A stretch of 64,000 bases of DNA, taken from NCBI GenBank assembly GCA_964187785.1, contig OZ076412.1:70556001-70620000 (forward strand), written 5' to 3'. Below, piece after piece: positions 24,719 through 37,900 of this stretch (position 1 is its first letter; every line of letters starts with the position of its first letter). Origin of the DNA: Amphiscolops sp. MND2022 (lineage: Eukaryota). The position numbers and the translations under genes are program-made. Under the pieces are notes generated by a model that saw only the letters and a program-made list of their open reading frames with translations, searched no databases and was not told the DNA's origin.

Positions 24719-26437
24719 TTAGTTTTATGATTCAGTCTTTTTAGAAGGGGGTTGGCCTGAGGGGGAAGTTTCAGTATTGTTAGGCATTAGGCTTCTTGGA
24801 TTTTCCTCCGACATTTGAGTGATTGTTGGTTTTTTCATCATGTCGAGTCCTCTTGGGACGAAGATGGGATCCAGCGCCTTTCCAACATCTCTCTTGTGGG
24901 TGATTCTTTTTGCCGCAAGTCTCACATTGTGGGGAAGTCATATGTCTGGCGTTGGGATTTTTTTGCCATTTTTGTCCTCCATTTTTTTTCTTCTTCTGTT
25001 TCGGACAATTTTTGTGGGAATGACCAGTTGCTTTGCAGTAAGAGCATCGTGCGTCCTTATTGGAGTTGATGCCATTAGACAGCAAGTTGCTGTTACTTGT
25101 AGACACCGAGGCCATAGTGGCAATTGGTAGGTCATCTGATTCCTCCAATGCATTGAATTCAAGCTCTCTTTCGAGACGAGCTACATTTTGTTCATATGTC
25201 CCATTCTCCAGACGGGCTATATTGACAGATCGTTTCAACTTTGGAGGCAACTTAGCATACAACAAACTGTCAATCAAGTTTTTTTGCATTTTCACAAAGG
25301 CGTTTTCAGCGCCTTGGTTCAATTCTTCTAAGAAGTCAGGCAATTTTATGGTATTAGGGCCAAAATGAGCCGATGCCATTTATGTTTTGCCGTAGCTTGG
25401 GACTCTGGTTTTACGTATTTTCGTCGGAATTTGACCAGCACGTCTTCAAGTGTTTGACAGTTGATGTTGTTTATGTTTCTGAATGTCTGCAGTGGCCCTT
25501 TCCGCAGCAAGGAGAGAAAATGGTTAAATTTCATTTGCTCGTTCATAACGGGTTGCATTTTGATCATTGTATGGAACAAGTCCTCAAAGAGCTCAATTTT
25601 TCGCTCTTGCAGTCAAATGTCACGGGGGGTGGTTGTAACTGGTCTTATCGTCATTGACTTTGGCTTGTTCTGGAGATTGACCAGAACATCAGCCAATTTG
25701 TTTATTGGGTCCTGGGGTGTTTGTGGCACCTCGGGCTGTGGAGCTGACGGAGTCGTGTCCAGAGAGACATTATGGGTCGACTCCTGTCTCTCAAGATTCG
25801 GGTGTGAGTGGATTCGTCCAGTCAGGAGTTCAGGAATTTGCTGTTGGATGTCGGAAGCTCCTGTCACCATGTAAGGACTACTGTCACTGGGGACTCGAAA
25901 GTCACAAGCACACCGTCAGTGCTTCTTCATAATTTTAGTTTTAAACCCACTGTTCTTTTCAGTATTCTCCGGACTAAAAGGAGACAAACTGCCCTCAGTG
26001 CCCCGATTCCCTAAGGATGGCCTTGAACTGACCATGTTCTGAATCTCTGTAATTACTCTTTCAGCTATTGCAGTGTTGATTGCTCTACTTCTTTGACTGT
26101 GCGCCATGGACATCTTTGAGTCCATTTCCTGTGAAAGTCTCATGTTAAACTCGCTGGTAAAAGTTTCCATTGTCTCTTGAAACTTATCCTGCCTAGGGAT
26201 CAAGTTTTCATGGACGAAGTGTCCGAAGTCATTTTCATGAGAGTTTTTTTCTCTAGACTGTAAGTTAGACTCAGCGTCACATTGATTTTCTGAGTTTCCC
26301 ATTACATTTGAAATGTCTCGCGCAATAGCATTGGCAATACCATTTCCAACCAAAACGTCCATTTTTTCAAAATCGGACATCATGTCCATTTTCCTTGACC
26401 TTCTAGCTTTCGCTTTCTGCTTTCTTGTGGAAGGCAT
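24719..26437 (-). pseudogene. gag: Element D gag, beginning inside the 5' LTR
   Basis: ATG 26437 (MPSTRKQKAK) is in the same frame as MVTG at 25870, with one intervening stop. Knuckles CSYCKATGHSHKNC and CETCGKKNHPQERC. Confidence 0.88.
25859..25869 (-). promoter_or_regulatory. Primer-binding site TGGTGACAGGA (element D)
   Basis: Directly follows the LTR-terminal CA. Identical 11-mer in E and F. Confidence 0.8.
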
Positions 26438-27469
26438 AAATGGCTATTGCAAGAGGTAAGATTTGAATTATCTCAGGCTTGCAAACAAACAGTAACAAGA
26501 ATTTGATAGATTGCAACAAAATAGTATTACTAATTATGTCCCCCGGTCCACGAATCCCGGGTATATACAGTATGAGTTGCATGACTATCGAAAAGTTTGT
26601 GGTCATGATCCCAAAAATAGATTAACCGTTGCTAAAAATAGCTCCGTCTCTTTTTAGATTAAATTACGTCAGGGCTTGAAAGATGTTGTTCGCCGACAAT
26701 GGCGGGTAACATAACAAAATGTCAAACAGTGTATTACATGTATACAAAAGGTACTAGCAGCTTTACATGCTGATTCATTTCACAAATCATGCATATGCAA
26801 AATTGAGTGTGCTGGAAATGAGACTAGAGGGGGAAAAGGGCAGTGAGTCCAGCTTGATGTTATACGGATACATTCCTGCAATGACTACATATATCATGGA
26901 CAACTATTTGCAACAGGCCATAAGGGTTATATTCAACAATTAGCACAACGTTTTCATATTATTAGTTTGATTTGGACCGGTGGGCCCATAGCCGTAAAGC
27001 ATCTCTTTGATTAGTGAAATGGCCGAGGACGGCCTTCATATAAATGCCCAATTAGCACAACAATAGAAATGCTCAATTCTCATTGGTTAAAATCCACTTT
27101 GGAATCGCTGTCCAAGACGACAGGCAAAGAAACATTTGAACACGTTTCCTTTGCCTGTACGCCTTGGCGTCCAATTACAAATAATGCATCGTATATTCAC
27201 ATGTTAAATTATTTTAAAGTGATTAGATGTTTCAACAGTATAAATAGGCTAAACTACATGAAGGTTATACCTTCATAGCTCCGAATATTAATGTTAAACT
27301 AATGGCAACAATAAAATAATGATAGGATGGAAAATGAGTTTTAATTTCATATCGCCTTTTGGACAGCGTGTCCCTTTCCCTCAATCGAGGGGGATTGTTC
27401 CAGGGAAAGTGTTGTAGTGGTTGTAGGCAATTGAATACCAGTTGCCATTGGAGGCGGCCGCCTGCGACA
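25870..27469 (-). repeat. 5' LTR of element D (1600 bp)
   Basis: TGTCGCAGGCGGCCGCC...CCTTACA followed by the TGG PBS. Confidence 0.85.
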
Positions 27470-27779
27470 CCGCCTACTCTCTGCTAATTACTCTGATCTA
27501 TCTGCTAGAGCAAACCAGTTAGTGATGCTAAATCTAGTTTCAGGAAGCAATCTTCGTTATTTAGAATTGTTGCCATTTTTAGGTTAGTGAACACTCCTTT
27601 TTGTAGTGTCATCCGATATTAGGTTTAGAGGTCCGGGATTTTAATTCAAAACATTTATTATTGATGTGGTTTTTGCTACTGTCACAATACTTCGTTATTT
27701 CAAAACAAAACTTGTTGAAACAATAATATTACAGAAAATTTATTTCTTCCTCCTCTACATTTCCAATAAACTAGAAAGC

Positions 27780-28310
27780 TACAGGCAGCATATCAAGAAA
27801 AATGGACATATTGTCCAAACACGGCAGTATGGATATAATGTTAGGGCAAATAAAACCAAATTCAATTGAGAGAGAGTTAGAAAGAGTTCTAAATGGACCG
27901 GAACGAGAAACGAAGTCAAGCGCTCTACGTCATAAAGAAAATTCATCCCAAGGGAATGGAATTAGGGACATCGGTGACGGAAATAGCTTTTCTGGGCGTG
28001 ACGGACTCTTAGTATCTATTGAAATTTTATCAGACAAAATGAATACGAGGTTATCCCAAGAAATGGATTTACTAATGAACATGACGCATACACAAATTAA
28101 TAGGGCCATCATTTCTGCTATTAGTGATAGGGTCTTCTCAGAAATTCAAATTAAATTTTGGAATTTGGCTTTGAACCAAAAGGGCACTGGAACGGGTACG
28201 TCCACATATGATCAAGGTATTGAAAGTTAGCTGAAAGAGCCCAACACAAACTTAAAACGGAGGACTCTAGGACCTACTTCCCAGCTTCGGTCGCCACGTC
28301 GTTACACCCG
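27780..28310 (+). repeat. Orphan LTR fragment of a fifth related family (LTR-encoded ORF part)
   Basis: ORF 27802-28230 RLSQEMDLLMNMTHTQINRAIISAISDRVFSEIQ matches D RLSQEMDSKMSMAHSQRSRAINTAIAERVITEIQ. No PBS or gag follows. Confidence 0.7.
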
Positions 28311-30594
28311 CGGTAACCACTAAACCAAGTGGCCATTACTTTCCAGCAATATCCACCTGAAATAATAGTCAATTAAGAAGTAGTTTTACGAAAACGATAA
28401 AGAAATCAAGTGTCGTTATGAGACATGTTGCTCTGTTCGAGCCTTTAAAAAAGAACGACAAAAATTTAATGTCATCTAATAACGTGTCATTTAATAACCT
28501 GTTGTTCCAGAAAAACCACTTTTAACTCCAAAAGCTTCAACAAACCAGAAACAGCTCTCTCTCAGGACCGTTATTCTGTGAACAATTTTCCACACGCTTG
28601 AAACTGGATGGTACAACTCAGCAAACAATGACAACGAATCGGTTTTTCGAAACATTCGAACCCTTGATTGGCTAAATATTTGGAATCGACGATTCTACAA
28701 TCTTGATCAACAAAAAAAGTTTACAGGCAAACTCATTTCCAGTTGTTGTTGTGTATCATTTTCCCGATACATATAACTGCTGAAATTGTGCAGAGATATG
28801 TTGATCTTTTTTGGGCTTGCATCCATTTGGAATGAAATAGCATTTTCTGAACGTTCGCCCTCTAGGGTCGGCAGGTGATGTAAAATAATTATTTTGACCG
28901 AGCTGCATCAACTACTATACCTATCACTACCTTCTTTTGAGCCGAAGTACGTCCGGAGGTTGTAATGGTCACATAAGTCATAACTAGCTCGGAATCAACG
29001 CAACACTGGACTTCCACTACCATTCACGGTTGTGTAATATTGTGTTACAATTCATTGCACGTTTTAATCAATTATTCCAACGAGTCTTCCCTTGCAAGAA
29101 ATTATTATTGCTAATCAAAAAACATTGCGATCATTTGAACTAAAATAGTTATGCAAGTTATTACCTCAGGTATAAGATAGTTGACCATTGTTGGCAATGT
29201 TCCAGTAGCCCGAAAAATGGTACCATACGTGTTTTCGGAATCAAAATTTCTCATCAAAGTTATTTTGACTGCGCTTGTTGTCATTACAACTTTTCTGTTT
29301 TTACGTTCAGAAAAAAATTAATTCAAATTAGCACCAATTAACAATTCAATCATTTTCAAAATAATTGCAGTGAGAAACAGCATGCAGCTCAGAACCAAAA
29401 AAACTACACTAGTTTCTTGCAACTATTTTAATTGCAATACAAAATTACCTGTCCTTGTTGTCATTTCAATAATTTTCTCCATCGGAATTGTTTGTAAATA
29501 ATCATTCTTGAAATCATTAATCAACCGCTTTATGAATTCGAAGAATTTCGTCGCATCATCTTTCCTTTAAAATCGCCCGTAGGTTTACACTTTACAACTC
29601 TCCTCGCAACACGAGAACTGCATTTGTACCTAGAGTTCCAACTTTGAAAAAGTTTATTGAACAGGTATTATGCTAAATATTAACAAACACATCTTACTAA
29701 AACATTATCAATTGAATCAACTTCCTTTTTTACATCAACTTTTACAAAACAAGAAAATTTGTTGCGTTGTATGTTTTTGGGCTTATATCAGGGTTTAAAC
29801 GTGTTTGAAATTACCATTTTTAAAGGAATAAATGTGGCAATTCATCTAGAGGGTAACCTTATGTCGAAGTTATTTATTTCATTGGATGCAATCTTTTGCA
29901 TGAAAAATCTGCTCAAACGATGTCAAAATGAGCAAGCGCAATTTTTTGCGCGGATGTTGCCGCGAGATAGTGGGATATTTTGTCTCCATGATGAGAAATA
30001 CCGTCAAGAACTCAGTTAATTCTCCGGGTTGACACTTCATGCAAGTCGCTGTACGATAGTACAACAATTGCAGCACGATAAAGCCAAAACCGTAACCGTA
30101 ATCAAGATTCGCGTAATGTAGTAGGAAGATCGTATTAGGAAACGAATGATGGTACGATACATCGTTCTACGGAACAAGTGATAGCTATAGAATTCATAGA
30201 AAGTGTAGCAAATCGAAAGAATCAATGCAATTTCAATTCCAATTCGTACGAGTACCTTGGCAGTATCATTTGTGAACGAATCTAAACAAAAAGTTGGCTT
30301 TCTCAGCGAGAAGATGATTTGTTTAATTAGACGGATGCATTGGCCTTGAAAAGTTTGCCTGCTATGCTAAATCATTGCTAGTAACATCGTACTGTCCAGT
30401 ACCAATTTTTGGAAACAAATTTTTATAAGTTTATCCTTTCTAAGCTATTTCAAGTTCCTAATAACTTTTATGATCGATCAACATTGTTTCCCAAAATTGT
30501 TAGAGGCGCTATTGGAAGAATAGAAGGCGCCTGAAAAAAAACTTTTGTGTTTTGGGAGTTCTGCCTGACCTGTGAATTTCCTTGAATGTGAGAG

Positions 30595-31404
30595 TGTCGC
30601 CGGCATACCCGTGCGAGATGTCCGGAAAGCAACATCGATGAAGCAGTCAACGCTGCTTACCCATCATGATGGCTGTCTACCCGAATATGGTGAAGAACTT
30701 GATAAACATTTCAAACTTTAAACTTAAACAATACTTGTTATTGTTCGTTTGATAAAATGTTGCTTTTAGTTGTACATTTCATCTAAAATGATGATTGTTG
30801 AACGTCGTTATTGTTGTTATAGTTTCACCTATAGGGTGCCTTGATCAATTGAAAAACAACTGGAAAGGTAACGCCAAAGTTATCAAAACAGTGCTAAATC
30901 TTTGTTTTGTCGTCTTAAACGATAGGAAGGAATTAAATTCAATGGTCCTATATATCTTTGCTACATTAAGTCATTTGTAGTTCTATCATGAGGAAAACAA
31001 TCAAAAACAGTATGATGATCCATTTGAAAATCAGCAAAGTGATTTCGTACGTTCATTTGATACTGGTTATGCGGCAATATGCAGTTTTCATAAAACAGCA
31101 AATGCGGTTTTGTTAAAGAAACAGCATAATGATTATGTACGCAGTGTAGTTTATACCTTGTATTGCAATATGCGGAAACCCCGTGGAAACAGCATGACGT
31201 TTCAATATAAGAACAGCATATGCGGAAATTTGACAGAAACAGTATGATGTTTTAACTTAAAAACAGTATAAAGATTCTTTTTTCAGTTGATAAAATTATA
31301 CTGAATTATGAGGTTTTCATGAGACAGCATATACTGCATTATGACGTAAAACAGCAAAATTTGCAGGATGTTCAGTGCTACGATGTTGTAAGTCACAGTG
31401 CTAT
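30595..31404 (+). repeat. Element F 5' LTR, left part (interrupted by E)
   Basis: Aligns with 60187-~61035. Confidence 0.92.
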
Positions 31405-33035
31405 TGTCGTGATTTTGTTCACTATTCGCAGAGTCTACTGAACTCTGTCGTGATGTTAGTCTTTTGTTTTCCTGCATAAAACACTTTCTAGGGCAATTTT
31501 CCCACGATTTCTGAGCGTTTTCAACTTCGGAGTTCCATTGTAGCCCACTGGACCTTCGGTCTCCTGTGGTGAAATTAGCTGATTTTGAACTATCATGTAG
31601 CCCAATGGACCCTTTACCACCACGGTGTGATTTACTCTGTCCTGCGATTCCAACGTATTTTGGAAGGAAGGAAGTATTTTCTCAGTGATTGCGCTACTAA
31701 TAGCGTCTTGTATTTGAATGTTCAAGCTATTTTTGATTTTATTTAGTTTCCTTGACATTTGATTAGAAATCTCTTCATTAATCATTCTAGTGGTCTCAAT
31801 AGTAATTTCATTATTCTCCTTGCTATTTGTATTGAGTAAAGATCTAAAATCCTCCCCAATTACGTTCGAACTTTGCTGTGGCCTATTGGACCCTGAGTCC
31901 AAATTTACTCCGTTTTTACTAATATCATTTTCCTCATCATCCCTGCAGTAGCTTCCGAGCATTATATCAACATTTTCCACGTTGGACATCATGTCCAATG
32001 GTCTAGAGCGTCGCTCTTTAGCCTTTTGCTTCCTGGTTGAAGGCATCGAAGAATCAATTTAATCAATAATGAATAGATCAAAAGAAGTTATCGAAACAGA
32101 TTTCAACAAGTGAAAAGACAAATCAATTTATGTAGGATTTGTGAACGTAGTGTTAGGTATCGCAATTACTGTAAGAATCATCCTCGGGACCTGGCGTCCC
32201 TGCTATTTATATTTTCCACTGCATGACAAGCACAATTTATCAGGTCATTGTTTTAAATTTAGCCCCTAAGTAGGCTAAAAATAGCCTTGAGGGAGATGAC
32301 ATCATTATTACCTCACTTTCAAGTAACTATAAATAGCAACAGGTTATATTAAAGCAAAAGGTGTGGGGGTTTCAAAGTTATACCAGAGGGCCTTTTAGCA
32401 TCAAATAATATCTACATGTGCGTCATAATATCATCATGATTGCATAACGGATATAGTAAGCAACTAAACGCGTTAATAATACCAAAGCGGACCTAAAGTC
32501 CGCATAGCAACAACACAGTGACGTCATAGTCATAGTATATGAATAACACCATGGCGGACTCAAGGTCCGTTTGACCACCATAAATAAAAGACTGCCTTCT
32601 GATTGGCTATGAGTGTTATAGACAGCGCGTACAATTTCGCAAAGGAAACAAGCATTTGAACTCGTTTCCTTTGCTACGTACAATTGCTAATTACCAATTT
32701 CACAGCGTTGAATTTATTCAATTTGCCATTGCTATTACATCAATTAACTAACAGTTCTAGGTAACACAAACACTAAATAGATAAAAATAATACTCCAAAA
32801 TATGGTTAATATCCGTATAAGAGTGAGTTTAAGTTTGAAACATTTTTTGTAGGCAAATCGACCGACGGTCTACTATGGTGTAATTTGCATTCCTCTTGTC
32901 GTATGCCATGATGGTGCTTCTTAAGTCGCTGAGACTTTCTTAATTAGATCGGTAGAACTCCTGGGGGTGGATTGGGCACACTATTTCCCGCTGGGAATTG
33001 ATATAGAATCCCGTCACAGGCGGCAGCCTGCGACA
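31405..33035 (-). repeat. 3' LTR of element E (1631 bp)
   Basis: Aligns with 44644-46263 and carries the MPSTRKQKAK ORF from 32046. Confidence 0.95.
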
Positions 33036-33913
33036 CCCCCTGGGACTAAAATCACACTCCCAGCTCGCATACCTGCTAAGATAGCATTTCGTCGTCGGAT
33101 ACGTTGTGCGTAATTTTCTTCTGGGATGTGGGTTTGTTCCAAGTATCCAAGAGTGATCTCCTCTTGTATAGTTGCGAATGATTTGCCACACTTTGTACAA
33201 TGGCCCTGTTGGATGTACTTTGGTTCCCCACAGGACCCACCTGTGCTGATTGCCAGTCCAGTGATATGTTGATTGGTGATCCACGAATCAACTTGTTCTG
33301 GCCCTTCCGACCACTGGTTATTTCCAATATTTTGCGATGTCCCTTGGTCAATCAACGGGGGCGACATCGGTGAATATGGTATTGGCTCCAATTGGCTACA
33401 ATGGGCCATACGGTGGTTCGGGTCATCTGCGGTGTGAGAATTGGTGGGGGGACTCCCAACTAGCCAGTCGACCAAGCTGTCAGACGGGTCGAATGTTGGG
33501 TCGAACGATCCCGACGGGCCACAAAAGTATTGTATCTCATCATCAGTGTATGCGTCATGATCGAAAGCCATTGCTCTCCCTCCGGCTAATTGGGGCAGAT
33601 ACACAGGAGTCTCCCTATAACAGGCGATTACTTCTATATCGCTGTCCGCGTCCTGATCTTGTTCTATAGCCGTCACGGAAGCCGAGTCAAGTTCCATATC
33701 CCTTTCCGAGGATTCGTAGAGTGCACTGATCAAGGGTCTGATAAATTCTTCAACGTCAAATTGTAAGGACATTTCGCTATGAAATCGTGAAAGAAGATTT
33801 TCTTCGCAATGATTGCAATGTCGACTTGATTGTAGCTTTAAAAATGGGTAGAATGGCTTGCTCTGGCCGAGTAGACCTTGAGTCTTTCTTGGTTTTGCGG
33901 GAAGCCGTTTCAC
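33014..33913 (-). CDS. Sense accessory ORF-S of element E (299 codons open), stop inside the 3' LTR
   Basis: Open frame with DADSDIEVIAC and GHCTKCGKS...AILAGMRAGS. Homologous to 8943-9977 and, at the C-terminus, to 59289-60233. Confidence 0.8.
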   Translation of the reverse strand: MKRLPAKPRKTQGLLGQSKPFYPFLKLQSSRHCNHCEENLLSRFHSEMSLQFDVEEFIRPLISALYESSERDMELDSASVTAIEQDQDADSDIEVIACYRETPVYLPQLAGGRAMAFDHDAYTDDEIQYFCGPSGSFDPTFDPSDSLVDWLVGSPPTNSHTADDPNHRMAHCSQLEPIPYSPMSPPLIDQGTSQNIGNNQWSEGPEQVDSWITNQHITGLAISTGGSCGEPKYIQQGHCTKCGKSFATIQEEITLGYLEQTHIPEENYAQRIRRRNAILAGMRAGSVILVPGGVAGCRL

Positions 33914-34931
33914 CGGAAGCCGTTTCGCGGGAAATCATAGTAGATAGTTTCCCCCGAATTTTCCTAACTCTCCTTTTAAGTAAATATATGATATTAGGTA
34001 AACTTTTATGAATAGGTTGTCACACCTCTTAATAGGCCCTTGATGGTCACTCAGTTTATTTGTTCAGTGGCTACCGAGTAGATGATCATCAATGAAAGTG
34101 TTGACTAGCTATAATTGCTGGTAAATAATAACACCATCAAAGACCACCCGTCCGTGTGACTACACTCAATATTCTGACCAATGAGACAACAGCGATAAGT
34201 AAATGAATAAAGCCTCCAAGAAAATAAGTAATGGTGGCGGAATTAAATGATTGATGCCCTAATAGGTGAAATGAAGGGTTTAGATTGCGAAATGAACGCT
34301 AAGTTCACGCGTCACTGGCAGGTAACTAACATGAAATATTAGAATCAGATAATGTTAGGAGTGATTAATATTAGGTGTTTTCAGCATGAGCCACGACCTC
34401 CAGGCTAAATAATCTTCCTCAATCATGTATTCATTTTAAGTTAGTTTATAGTGAAGTCTCAAAGTCTGGAGTAAATCAGATAAATGACGGCTAAATAATT
34501 TTATACCAGTGTTTGTAGTACTGTTCGGTCCCTTCTTCTATTACATCAGTCACAATTTCACTCTGCCTAATCACGTTTCATTAAATAACCATCTTGTACT
34601 AATTAATTGGTCCTGCTCTTGCAACCATCTCTATTGGAGTATCCACGATCGCCCTCTGGTCCAAACGGCCACAGTCTGAGGTAACCTCAATTGAAGTCCC
34701 AGCAGCCTATCTGTTGCAGAATTTAGCCGTAGATCCAGTTTTAACGACGTCATTACACGAATTCTGTTCCCCAAATGGAAATGACATCAGGTTGGTTCTT
34801 TTGATTGAAATCATCAGCATAAACTTGGTCAAGGTCTAGTTTTGATTTTTGACACTTCCTCCATTGTGAAATTATTTCATATTAAATCATTGATTCTATC
34901 TTACTTCCGGAAGGTTTTCAAACGCGGCAAA

Positions 34932-37900
34932 ATGGATTCTTATTCTGGAAGTGAACCGCGCAAATTCATATCTTTCTATTTAGGTAAAGAGAATATTGGC
35001 CAACCTCAACAAACGTCTTGTGAGCCTGAATCAATAACTAATCCCGAACAATTGGCTGGTAATGAAACCCCAGCAATCGAGTCAACCGGACTTAGCATCA
35101 GTCCAGCCACAGAAGTGGACCAGGAGGTCGCGCAGCCACAGCAATCACCAGGACCTTCCCTGGTCTCCCGATTCTTTGCCACCGACAGCAGTGGGTCAAA
35201 TGAGAGTTGCGAGACTTACATTATTTGCAAGCGTAACCAGTTGGCTCAGAAGGTTGCCTTGGGAACATCCGAAGTTACTGAGTTTAGTCAGAAAGAAAGC
35301 GTCAGTGAAGCCATAACACTCACTCCTAACGTCCAACATTACCAGTATTTTCAACTCGAAAGGAGCTCTTGCCCCCAAGTCATCTTCCTTGATTCTCCAA
35401 AAGAAGCTGGGACCAGCAGTTGCCCGGAACGAGAAGCGTTAGCAGCAAAGAAGCCGAGAATGACACCGCCCCAATGTAGTTCGTCTGGGACCGACGTACC
35501 AGCTGGCCCACCTACTGATGTCTCAGCTACCAAGAGGCAAACTGCCTCTGACAGTGAGGGCGAACAAGTTGAAATTGAGCCACCATTCGATAATTTTAGC
35601 AGTTCGGAAATTGGAAACCTTACTGACAATGAGTCGGACCGATATGTCGGGTCAACATTAGCGGAGGCGTTAAATCCGAATGCACAATATTCTTTGTTGG
35701 TTGCTAGCGATCAATTTAGTGACGTTGCTACAGTTAAAACTCCCGAAGAGCCTAAGGTCCGCCCCTTAGGTGGAAGTAGCAGAGCCTTGATTAAAGAATA
35801 TTTTGGCAATATTGAACCTGAAAGACTCCCACCAAGCCATTCCGTTATTGCTTCCACAGATGGACAATTGGGCAGTGTCCTTAGGGTCGTTGCCGATGAA
35901 ACTGCTCGGGCATCGTACGACATGCTCGAAAACTTGGTGTACAGGGCAAGCCCCCTTTCTTTGTTCACTAAGACAGGGGCTAACTCAGGCAAGAGTAGAA
36001 CTTCGTCTAGACAAGGATCTTCTGCCGACTCTTCACGTAGCCAACGGCCTAGTTCAACTACCGGCAAGGGCAGCGACACCAGTGGGGTGCTAAGGAGTGA
36101 TGACGACTTTAGTAGCATCGGCTATTCATTTGAACACTCCGAGCCCGAACACATAGCTGCTGCTCCTCGACCAACTCAGCCTTCTTCTAGCCGTAATGAC
36201 CCTGGGTCCCCTATGGTCACTTTCAGTGCTGATAGTCCAGGAATTCAAACTCTGGCTGAGTTGAAGAAAGAGGCGTTACACGACCGGCAGCAAAAGACCA
36301 GGAATGAAAAAGGACGCTACGTAGCCTCTTCGAAAGGTACTGCGAGAGCTAAGCGGGGTGTGACCAGATCCTGCAAGGTAATGAAGGAAGCCTATTTTAA
36401 AGGCATGGAATGGACACGAACTTTCGTCTCAGGACCAGTCGACCCCCAGTGGAACAAATACAAGTTTTATTGCCAGATTTGCAAGGCAAATATTTCCATC
36501 TACTCGAAAGGGGCCCGAGAGATTCTCAGACACCATTCGACAGAGAAACATCTCCGCAAGGATCAGCGTTGGAGATATGAATACCTTCATAAAGTTGATC
36601 CCGTAACCAAGGCGCGTTACCCTCAAGTACGCGGGAAAGATGGCAAACTGCTATCCCCTTACCAACTTGCTCTTGAGTTGCCCAAGTTTAAAGATGTCGA
36701 GCTGGTTGACCTAGGTGAGAAGTTGCCCTTTTATGACGAACTCATGTCAGGAGCAGACCACATGTCCTCCAGTTCAGAGAATCGGGCACGGATTCAAATA
36801 TCCGTGTTGGGACGGTTCCTTCCCCGGAATGGCGACATTGAGTTACTTCGTCACTTCTGGCGAGACATTGGAGTGATAGTAAATCACCAGTCCCTTTTCA
36901 CGGACTTCAACTGGAACAAAGAACGGCTGACAGTAAGTATGCACTTTGGCTACTCTAAGTGCCTTAACAACCAGTCACTTGATCTTGTTTCAATCCTGTT
37001 CACCTTCTGATATGCTCGAGTAGACTTAAGGTCCATCGGCTTACAACACGGTATTTCATTGGCTGTTTTGTTTTACAGGTCATATTCCACGTATATTCCC
37101 ATATGTTCCTCGAGCTCGTGAAAGACATCGGCCACCACGTGGTTTCAACAGGAGAGTATGGGCTCGAACTCGCGCATGATGGGGCTTTTCTTCTAGTGTT
37201 CATCCGTTTCTGGCATGAGGACCAGCTTTGCCGATTTATCCGAAGCGGACCGGAAGGACCCAAGGCCAGAGCCAATCTGAGCTCACTCTCGTGGCGCACG
37301 TGATGGGTGCTCTCTCCACTGAACTGCACATTATCAGTGTTACCGGGAGTACGGTCCAGACTCTACAACAACTCGATTATAGTCGCTACAGCAACTACGC
37401 AGTCCAGAGTTCTCCCTGTTTTGAAGAGCTTCAGCTGAGGGCATTAATGCACAAGAAGAGCGCTAATGTGTTTGGCAAAATCGACTTCTTCGGCGTTCTA
37501 CATTACTTGGTGGTTTCCCTAGTGCCAAGCCTCGAACTAGACTGGGTACTGCTCTCAACCGAATTGACTAAGGTAAGCAACGTTTTCCTTGTCCCGCGAT
37601 TTTTGGTGACAAGAAGCAATATATATCATTTTCTAGGCAATTCGGACGTGTCAGCTTGGGATGACTGGATTATCCTTGTGGTGCCAAGAGTTACTCAAGC
37701 AATGGCCAAAGGTGACAGCCTACCTCAGCGAACACACTGCTTCCCAACAAATGCAGGGAGTGAGAAACCAGGTAATTTCTTTTACTTTGTTTTTGGTTAT
37801 AAGTTGCTTTGAGAATTTCCCAATTCTCTGGTCCAATGGACGTTCGGTCTCGTATGGCTTCTGATCTTGTAAACGTTGATTGCATCAAGTTGGCCACCAC

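Larger units (their letters stand above)
18400..27469 (-). mobile_element. Element D: Gypsy-like LTR retrotransposon, 3' part lost
   Basis: 5' LTR, PBS, gag with two CCHC knuckles, pol, and the last part of the antisense hAT-like gene. The left boundary is approximate. Confidence 0.88.

Noticed and set aside
28330-30594. AT-rich region with short Cys-containing ORFs
   Set aside because: No convincing homology or structure by eye, so it is left unassigned.
33014-33913. ORF-S as a retroviral envelope gene
   Set aside because: It is in the env position but is acidic and disordered, with no signal peptide, furin site or TM helix.
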